Below, in pieces: positions 57,793-64,000 of a stretch of 64,000 bases of DNA. The notes under the pieces were generated by a model. The model did no database searches and was not told the DNA's origin. It was given only the letters and a program-made list of their open reading frames with translations. Origin of the DNA: a bacterium (GTDB taxonomy: Bacteria > Bacteroidota > Ignavibacteria > Kapaibacteriales > UBA7675). How positions within the stretch are numbered: the first letter of the stretch is position 1; each line of letters begins with the position of its first letter. Made by a program: the position numbers and the translations under genes. The stretch spans positions 8,121 to 72,120 of the forward strand of contig JAUIKM010000017.1 of assembly GCA_030430495.1 (NCBI GenBank), in the 5' to 3' direction.

Positions 57793-59784
57793 ATGATGGA
57801 ATCTGGCATGCACAGTCTCCGCAGAACGTGGTTTTTCTCCGTTTTGGCCTGTTATTCTCTTGTTTGTCTTGCAGTGAGCAGCGGCGCGCCCGTTGCCAAC
57901 GCCCAGGCAACGGGTGAGGACACGACCGCTTTCCGTCCGCTGCGCTGGACGGCGGGTCTGGGGCTGAATGCAAACATGCATTCGGCCGGATTCGTAGAGC
58001 TGCCGGGCATCCCCAATTGCTGCGCGGAATACAGCGACGGATTTGGCCTGGGCCCTTACCTCTACGGCGGTTTTGACTACGACCCGCAGTCGGAGCTCTT
58101 CGGCATGCCCTGGCGCTGGAACGTGACGCTCGGCGTCAGCTCCGTCGGCGCCACCCTGGAAGAAGATGAATTTTTTGCCTGGGCCATCGACGGCGACGAG
58201 GCAATCGAGGCGATCTCGCGCCACACGCTTGACGCATCGATCCTGTTGCTTTCGCTGGAGCCGTCAATCGCGCTGCTGCCGGTGGGCGACATGCCGGAGT
58301 TTTCGCTTCAGGTGGGCCCGACGCTGGGATTTGCACTGAGTTCTTCGGCCGATCAGTCCGAAGACTTACTGCAGCCGGCGGGTTACGACCTGGAGACTCT
58401 GCGTCCCAGCCGCAACGAGTACTCCGGCGCGATTTCGGACGCGACGACTTTGCATGTGGGGCTGCGTTTGGGACTCGGCTACGACTTCCTGCAGTTCGAC
58501 GACTTTACGCTGGGCGCGGAAGCCGCGTACAGAATGGCGTTTAACGACCTTGTCAGTGGCGTTGAGTGGAAACACAGCAGCGTCCAGACCGGCCTGCGGC
58601 TTGCCTGGCGGCCGCCTGCGGCAACGGAACCTCCTCCTCCTCCTCCGCCGCCGCCGCCCCCGCCACCGCCGCCGCCTCCCCCACCGCCGCCGGAACCACC
58701 GGTTCTGACGCTGGCAGCGGAGATGTTCGTCGGAACGAAAAAACTCAGCGAAGGCGAAAGCATCGACATTCCTGTCAACCTTACACGCAACATTCAATCG
58801 CGTGTACAGCGCGCGCAATTCTATTTCAGAGCGGGTTCAGACGACCTGCTGGCGGACAACGCGATTGACCGCGAGGAAATGTTAAACGCGCTGGCGCTCA
58901 GTGCCAGGCATGCAAAGAGCATCAGAATTACGGCTCAGGCCGCCGCCGATGAAGACGAAGCGCTCGCGCGCGCCCGTGCGGAATTCTTCCGCGGTGAATT
59001 GCTGGTTCGCGGCGTCGATGTTAAACAACTGGAAGTCTCAATTGTCCGCAGTGAGGACAAAAATGTTCGCCATCCGGCCTTGCTGGAGGAACAGCGCATG
59101 CTGCGTTTTGACTTCGGCGGTACGGACAATCTGTTAATCCTGCGCGACACCACTGAAAACCGCGAATTCGGCGCGGTCGAGCTGGTCGCGGCGCCGGCCA
59201 TGACCGTCGAGCAGCGTCCCTATGTGCTGGTCGGAGAGTTAACACTCGCCGGGCGGCAGTTGTCGATCCTGAAAGACGGACCGGTCAACTTCACACTTGA
59301 AGGCGACGCGCTGCCGCGCAACGGCCGGGGCGAGGCGCTCCCGGCAAAGATAACGGCCGCCTACACGCTACAGGACGGCGTCGGTCAGCAGCGCGCGGCA
59401 AGCAGCAATGTGATCGCAACACCCCGCACAACAGTGACGGAATACGTCAACCGCTTGAACAAATCGACGGACGAAGAATGGGTGCTCGGTTACTTCAACT
59501 TCGACGGAGACAACTTTGCCGAAGTCAACGACAATGCCGTTGAACGCATTCAACGCGCCGCCAAAGCAGGCAAAACCATCACGATCACGGGCATGGCCGA
59601 CGCGCTCGGCAGCGAGGACTACAACCGTCGATTGGCGCGGCGCCGCGCAGACAGCGCCCTGACGCTGCTGGGGATGCAGGCGGATGAGGTCAAAATTGAG
59701 CTGCTTGAAGATGGGCGTTTTGACAACAGCTCGCCCTACGGAAGGATTCGGAATCGGAGCGTGGTTGTGAGGATTGGAGATTGA
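57793..59784 (+). CDS. OmpA-family outer-membrane protein: beta-barrel, polyproline linker, two OmpA-like domains
   Basis: Amphipathic strands ending GLRLAW; 21 consecutive Pro; ALARARAE and GMADALGSEDYNRRLARRRA...RNRSV OmpA-like motifs. Confidence 0.82.
   Translation: MMESGMHSLRRTWFFSVLACYSLVCLAVSSGAPVANAQATGEDTTAFRPLRWTAGLGLNANMHSAGFVELPGIPNCCAEYSDGFGLGPYLYGGFDYDPQSELFGMPWRWNVTLGVSSVGATLEEDEFFAWAIDGDEAIEAISRHTLDASILLLSLEPSIALLPVGDMPEFSLQVGPTLGFALSSSADQSEDLLQPAGYDLETLRPSRNEYSGAISDATTLHVGLRLGLGYDFLQFDDFTLGAEAAYRMAFNDLVSGVEWKHSSVQTGLRLAWRPPAATEPPPPPPPPPPPPPPPPPPPPPEPPVLTLAAEMFVGTKKLSEGESIDIPVNLTRNIQSRVQRAQFYFRAGSDDLLADNAIDREEMLNALALSARHAKSIRITAQAAADEDEALARARAEFFRGELLVRGVDVKQLEVSIVRSEDKNVRHPALLEEQRMLRFDFGGTDNLLILRDTTENREFGAVELVAAPAMTVEQRPYVLVGELTLAGRQLSILKDGPVNFTLEGDALPRNGRGEALPAKITAAYTLQDGVGQQRAASSNVIATPRTTVTEYVNRLNKSTDEEWVLGYFNFDGDNFAEVNDNAVERIQRAAKAGKTITITGMADALGSEDYNRRLARRRADSALTLLGMQADEVKIELLEDGRFDNSSPYGRIRNRSVVVRIGD
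58630..58692 (+). repeat. CCN trinucleotide run encoding 21 prolines
   Basis: 63 bp of mixed CCT/CCG/CCC/CCA codons. Confidence 0.95.
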
Positions 59785-59848
59785 CGGCTGAGGGCCGGAC
59801 TACGTAGAAATACGGATGAGCTCTGTGCCCTTCATGCTCACAGCGGCT

Positions 59849-60721
59849 TCACCCCCAGTATGCCTTTTTGGCCGGCTGCTGCAGAAATTCATCCGTCTCA
59901 GCGCACCAGGCCGTCAACAGATCGCCGTAGACGCAGCCGGTGTCGATGCGCAATAGGTTCAGATCCGATTCGCGCTGGATTGACTTCATCGGTGTGTGGC
60001 CGGACACACTGACACGCTGTTCGTCGGCCGGAATTTCCGGCAGATCGCGCGACCAGAGACTGTAACGCAGAAGTTCAAAGTATTCGTCAGAAGTAAACGA
60101 GTCCCCCAGTAAAGCAGCATCGCGTCTCAGTATCTCAGCGTGATACCGGTCGACCAGCGCGTGCGTCACAAGCACCGAGTCGTTAAACCAGACCAGCGGC
60201 AACTCACACAGAAATTGCATCAGATGCTGGTCCATGAACCAGTCCGCACTCGGCACCCGATCCGCACCGAGCTGCTTCATTACCGTAACGCCGCCGTAGT
60301 CGTGCCAGATAATGCGGTTGGTGCGAATTTCGTTTTCGCGCAGCGCCTCGCCCGTATAATCCGGCAGGTATTCCCGCCGTACGCATTTCGGCTGCGGCAG
60401 TGCGCGCGCCTGGAATTCAACCGCGGCTTCGCCCAACAGGGACTGAAGGTAGCACTGCTCGTGATTGCCGGCAACCACCACATGCGTTCCGGCTTTCACA
60501 GAGGCGTAAAAATGTTTAACAACTTCCAGCGGATTGGGACCGCGGTCGATCAGATCGCCGACGGAAACAACAAAGGCTTCGGCGTCGTTTTGCGCCGCAT
60601 GCGCCCTGATTTTTTCCTCAAGCAACATCAGCTCGTCATAACAGCCGTGGATGTCGCCGATCACATATGTTAAACGCCTGCCGCCGGCATCGTTCACTTT
60701 CTGTTGCATTGTTTTATTCAT
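59849..60721 (-). CDS. PPP-like metallophosphoesterase (Ser/Thr phosphatase or ApaH/PrpA-like)
   Basis: IGDIHGC, VGDLIDRGP, GNHE, THA, GHTP and IDTGCVYG motifs. Confidence 0.9.
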   Translation of the reverse strand: MNKTMQQKVNDAGGRRLTYVIGDIHGCYDELMLLEEKIRAHAAQNDAEAFVVSVGDLIDRGPNPLEVVKHFYASVKAGTHVVVAGNHEQCYLQSLLGEAAVEFQARALPQPKCVRREYLPDYTGEALRENEIRTNRIIWHDYGGVTVMKQLGADRVPSADWFMDQHLMQFLCELPLVWFNDSVLVTHALVDRYHAEILRRDAALLGDSFTSDEYFELLRYSLWSRDLPEIPADEQRVSVSGHTPMKSIQRESDLNLLRIDTGCVYGDLLTAWCAETDEFLQQPAKKAYWG

Positions 60722-62352
60722 TTTCTTTGCGCAAATGTTTCCTGTAACGCGTCCATAAGCCGAGCGCCGCGCAGATCCCGTCCCGCGGCAATAATTCGCC
60801 CTTCCTCGTCAACCAGAATGGTCAGCGGCAGACCGCGCACGTCAAATTGTTTGGCTATCTCACTTTGCGGCCCCTGGTTCTCCAGCACATTTATCCAGGG
60901 CATTGCAATTACCTGACGCTGGAACTTGCGCACGTTGCCTTCGCTCGGCTCAAACGCCACGCTGATAACTTCCAGCCCGTCGTTGCGATAGCGCTGCCAG
61001 GCGGCGCTTAAACTGTCCAGCCCCGCCACGCATTCGCGGCACCACGTCGACCAGAAATCGATCACGTAAACACTTCCGCTCAGGCTTTCAGGCGTTAACA
61101 CCCGTTCGAGCGAGTCCAGATCCTGCAAAGCAAAAGACGGGATTTTTCTGCCGACGGCCAGCGGACCGGCCGACGGAGCTTCCATGCGGGCCAGCTCCAC
61201 CCAGGCGGATGTCGGAAAATTCGTCGTGAGTGAGTCGAGCCAGTTGCGCCGCGCTTCTTCGCTTTCGGCGGCCTTTAAACGCGCATATAAAACAAAAGCC
61301 CGTACATCGGGATCGGGGTGCCCGGCGTACGCGCGGTCAATCAATGTCGCAGCCGCGGCCGAATCCTCGCGAGCATACCACTCGTCGATCAACAACTCCG
61401 GCCGAATGCTCCACATAATCGATTGCGCGTCAATTTCGCTGTAGGCCATGCGGGTTAACAACTCGTCAAACGGTAAATTTCCATCTCGATGACAAGCAAG
61501 ATAGGCAAGTAAAAGAGCCCGTCTGAGAGGTGCACGCCGCTCTGCCAGAATCGCCGAGCGCGCCTGATTGGAACGCCGCGTCGCCAGTGAATCAAACGGT
61601 TTTCCGTCGGCAACGCCCTGCAAAATATGTGTTAACAATCCTGTTAAACGGTCGTCAAATTCGAGCGTGGCGCGATCATTGTGGCGCTCGGGCGCTTCCC
61701 ATTCAATCGTGATTGTATCGCCCGCTTCGGCCAGGTCCCGTTCGGCGCTGTACAAACCGTTCTCGTTGGGCTCCTGCCGGTCGGCGGTCGGATCTGCCCA
61801 GGGCGCCACGCCGCGCGCACCGCCCGCTTCGCTGTACACCGCACTCATGCGGTAGACAATCGTGCTCGCCCCCGAATCGGCCGCCAGACGGGTCCTGAAT
61901 GTGCCGTCCTTGTTCGGCTTGATTTCCTCGGCACGCAGAAAATTGCCGTCGGGGCCGCGCCGGCGCACCAGGAAAGACTCGAGATCGCCCGGCACATCGA
62001 TGCGCGCCAGATTGATGTCGAGCCTGATCGTATCGCCGATTCCGGCCGCACCCAGCGGCAGACGTGCGTCGAGCATGCGATAACCGGCCGCACCGACAAA
62101 GAGCGTCACAAAACCGGGCTTTTCCGAGTGCAGCGCAAAATGGCCGTCGGACGCGACCCGCTCGCGTATTGCGGCGTCCTGCAGGGCTCCCCTCGACAGG
62201 TAAACATGCGCAAATGCCGGAGGCAGGCCGTCCGCGCCGCGCACCTGGCCCTCAATCACGTAGGCCGACGCCGGGAGCACAAAACTGCACAGCAGCGCGA
62301 CTGTCAGCGCCGCAACCTGGAAAAAACGTGTCATAAAACTGGATATCTGCAT
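60718..62352 (-). CDS. Secreted multidomain TlpA-family thioredoxin with N-terminal carboxypeptidase-regulatory-like domain
   Basis: Signal peptide after ATG 62352/62334; IEGQVRGADG.P...V; C-terminal VIDFWSTWCREC and GLPLTILVDEEGRII. Confidence 0.82.
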   Translation of the reverse strand: MQISSFMTRFFQVAALTVALLCSFVLPASAYVIEGQVRGADGLPPAFAHVYLSRGALQDAAIRERVASDGHFALHSEKPGFVTLFVGAAGYRMLDARLPLGAAGIGDTIRLDINLARIDVPGDLESFLVRRRGPDGNFLRAEEIKPNKDGTFRTRLAADSGASTIVYRMSAVYSEAGGARGVAPWADPTADRQEPNENGLYSAERDLAEAGDTITIEWEAPERHNDRATLEFDDRLTGLLTHILQGVADGKPFDSLATRRSNQARSAILAERRAPLRRALLLAYLACHRDGNLPFDELLTRMAYSEIDAQSIMWSIRPELLIDEWYAREDSAAAATLIDRAYAGHPDPDVRAFVLYARLKAAESEEARRNWLDSLTTNFPTSAWVELARMEAPSAGPLAVGRKIPSFALQDLDSLERVLTPESLSGSVYVIDFWSTWCRECVAGLDSLSAAWQRYRNDGLEVISVAFEPSEGNVRKFQRQVIAMPWINVLENQGPQSEIAKQFDVRGLPLTILVDEEGRIIAAGRDLRGARLMDALQETFAQRK

Positions 62353-62379
62353 GGTTTCCGGATTTGTCCCTGGAACGCG

Positions 62380-62483
62380 CAAAATTACGCACAAAATTCC
62401 GGACGTACGGCACGCCGCTTTCGTGAGCAGGACCGCGTCGGCTTCCAAAGCGGCAGGCCGTTCGGCGATTTTTTCGTATTTTG
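62380..62483. promoter_or_regulatory. Divergent pair of Bacteroidota-like promoter boxes
   Basis: CGTAATTTTG on minus (62389-62380) upstream of the TlpA gene and CGTATTTTG on plus (62475-62483) upstream of the crotonase. Confidence 0.45.
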
Positions 62484-62548
62484 CCGCGTGGAGCGTTCTC
62501 CCCCGAATTACAGCTCGACTTTTTGCACAATCAGAATGAATGATTTCC

Positions 62549-63343
62549 ATGGAATACTCGACAATTCTTGTTGAACGCGCCGACAATTTCGCTCGCATTA
62601 CGCTCAACCGCCCGGACAAGTTAAACGCATTGAATCGTCAACTGCTGACGGAACTGGATCACGCCCTCGACGCACTGGCGCAGGAAACATCCATCGCCGC
62701 ATTGATTATCACGGGCAGCGGTGAAAAGGCTTTTGCCGCCGGCGCCGACATCTCCGAATTACAGGCTTGTTTCAATCCGGACGATGCACAAGCGGGCCGT
62801 AGCTTCGCCGAATTCGGCCAGAGCGTGTTTAACAAAATTGAAGACTTCGGCAAGCCGGTGATTGCCGCCGTTAATGGTTTTGCACTTGGCGGCGGCTGTG
62901 AGCTCGCCCTCGCCTGCCACCTGCGCTTTGCTTCGGACAACGCAAAATTCGGGCAACCGGAAGTTAACCTCGGCATCATTCCCGGCTATGGCGGCACGCA
63001 GCGTTTGACGCATATTGTGGGGCGTGGACGCGCCGTCGAACTGATTCTGACCGGCGCAATGGTCGGCGCACGCGACGCCGAACAGATGGGATTGGTTAAC
63101 GACGTTGTCGACTTCAACCACCTGCAGGAGCGCGCCGAGGAATTTGTCGACACAGTGTCTTCCAAAGGCCAGGAAGCCGTTTCGGCTTCTTTAAAGGCCA
63201 TCTTGTTTGCCGCCGATGCTACAGCCGAGAGTGGTTTGGCGAAAGAAGCCGAGCTGTTCGGCCAGACGTGCACAAGCGACAACTTCCGCGAAGGCACCGC
63301 GGCCTTCCTCGAAAAGCGCAAAGCGAATTTTTCCCGCAGTTGA
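62549..63343 (+). CDS. Enoyl-CoA hydratase/crotonase
   Basis: LNRPDKLNALN, AFAAGADI, AVNGFALGGGCELALAC and FGQPEVNLGIIPGYGGTQRL motifs. Confidence 0.95.
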   Translation: MEYSTILVERADNFARITLNRPDKLNALNRQLLTELDHALDALAQETSIAALIITGSGEKAFAAGADISELQACFNPDDAQAGRSFAEFGQSVFNKIEDFGKPVIAAVNGFALGGGCELALACHLRFASDNAKFGQPEVNLGIIPGYGGTQRLTHIVGRGRAVELILTGAMVGARDAEQMGLVNDVVDFNHLQERAEEFVDTVSSKGQEAVSASLKAILFAADATAESGLAKEAELFGQTCTSDNFREGTAAFLEKRKANFSRS

Positions 63344-63350
63344 GGCGCAA

Positions 63351-64000
63351 TTGAACACAGCCGCACGCATTACCGGAATCCTTTACAACGCCGTACTTAA
63401 ACCATTGATGAGTGCGGCGTTTTTTATTGGCGCACTGCTGAACAAAAAATTCGCGCTGCGCGCTGAAGGCGCTAAACAATCGCGCAATACGCTGCAAAAC
63501 CTGCCGCCCAAACGCGGCAAACGCCTGTGGTTTCACGCCGCTTCCATGGGTGAATTCGAGCAAGCCAAACCTGTCATCGAATACATTCGCCGCACGCGGC
63601 CCGACGTCGAAATCCTGGCCTCCTTTTTCAGCGTATCGGGCTACGAGAACCAGAAAAACTACGAGGGTGCGCACTGGAAAGTCTACATCCCGATCGACAC
63701 GCGTAGCGAAGCCCGCCGCTTTGTGGATTGCATACAAGCCGACGCCGCCGTTTTTGTGCGTTACGACATCTGGTTTAACCATCTGAACGAACTGCGCACG
63801 CGCAACATCCCCGCGTATTTAATCTGCGCCACGGTGAACCAGCATTCCTGGCTCTACCGCGCGCCGTTTATCCCCTTTACCCGCGCCGCCTACGACTGTT
63901 TTACGACGGTCTTTGCGCTCGACCAAAACGAAGCCGATCTATTTAACAAACTGCATCTCGGTCAGGACGTCGTCGTCAGTGGCGACACGCGCATGGACCG
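63351..64000 (+). CDS. waaA: 3-deoxy-D-manno-octulosonic acid (Kdo) transferase, 3'-truncated; absent from the ORF track
   Basis: Hand translation from TTG 63351: ...LWFHAASMGEFEQAKP...SFFSVSGYE...YIPID...FVRYDIWFN; the frame runs off the window. Confidence 0.9.
   Translation, partial: MNTAARITGILYNAVLKPLMSAAFFIGALLNKKFALRAEGAKQSRNTLQNLPPKRGKRLWFHAASMGEFEQAKPVIEYIRRTRPDVEILASFFSVSGYENQKNYEGAHWKVYIPIDTRSEARRFVDCIQADAAVFVRYDIWFNHLNELRTRNIPAYLICATVNQHSWLYRAPFIPFTRAAYDCFTTVFALDQNEADLFNKLHLGQDVVVSGDTRMD

Noticed and set aside
62353..62619. N-terminal extensions given by the ORF track (also 14352, 24705, 39703, 45269, 45810, 47414, 48627, 50595, 53918)
   Set aside because: The extensions overlap neighbouring genes or promoter boxes and precede clear signal peptides or family N-termini, so downstream starts were used.

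Overview
64 kb of a high-GC (roughly 55-62% by eye) bacterial chromosome. It is most likely FCB superphylum, Bacteroidota/Ignavibacteria/Kapabacteria-like, inferred from two T9SS-type C-terminal domains, IgGFc-binding and Ig-like modules, an alpha2-type GlyRS, a Bacteroidota-type WaaA and TAnnTTTG-like promoters. About 41 genes, mostly housekeeping or envelope: glyS, ctpA-like, a beta-CASP nuclease, uvrD/pcrA, Wza- and two Wzz-like proteins, suhB, agcS, dapF, kbl, 7TM-HD, xerD, NamZ, ECF sigma/anti-sigma/TlpA, TrmH, rdgB, dacB, hslO, crotonase and waaA. I found no rRNA, tRNA, CRISPR array, transposase or prophage. Most notable: (1) two tandem giant multi-TM double-Cache sensor paralogs with no recognisable kinase or cyclase output, ending in a degenerate P-loop-like/winged-helix-like tail; (2) a TPR-fused PRMT-like (eukaryote-type protein arginine methyltransferase) gene; (3) a dispersed 60-75 bp intergenic repeat with a variable hairpin whose T-rich arm recurs inside several signal-peptide coding segments in all three frames; (4) strong over-representation of TTAAAC, coinciding with use of the rare TTA codon; (5) a long imperfect hairpin ncRNA candidate at 33725-33860. 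All calls come from reading the sequence by hand; no searches were run.
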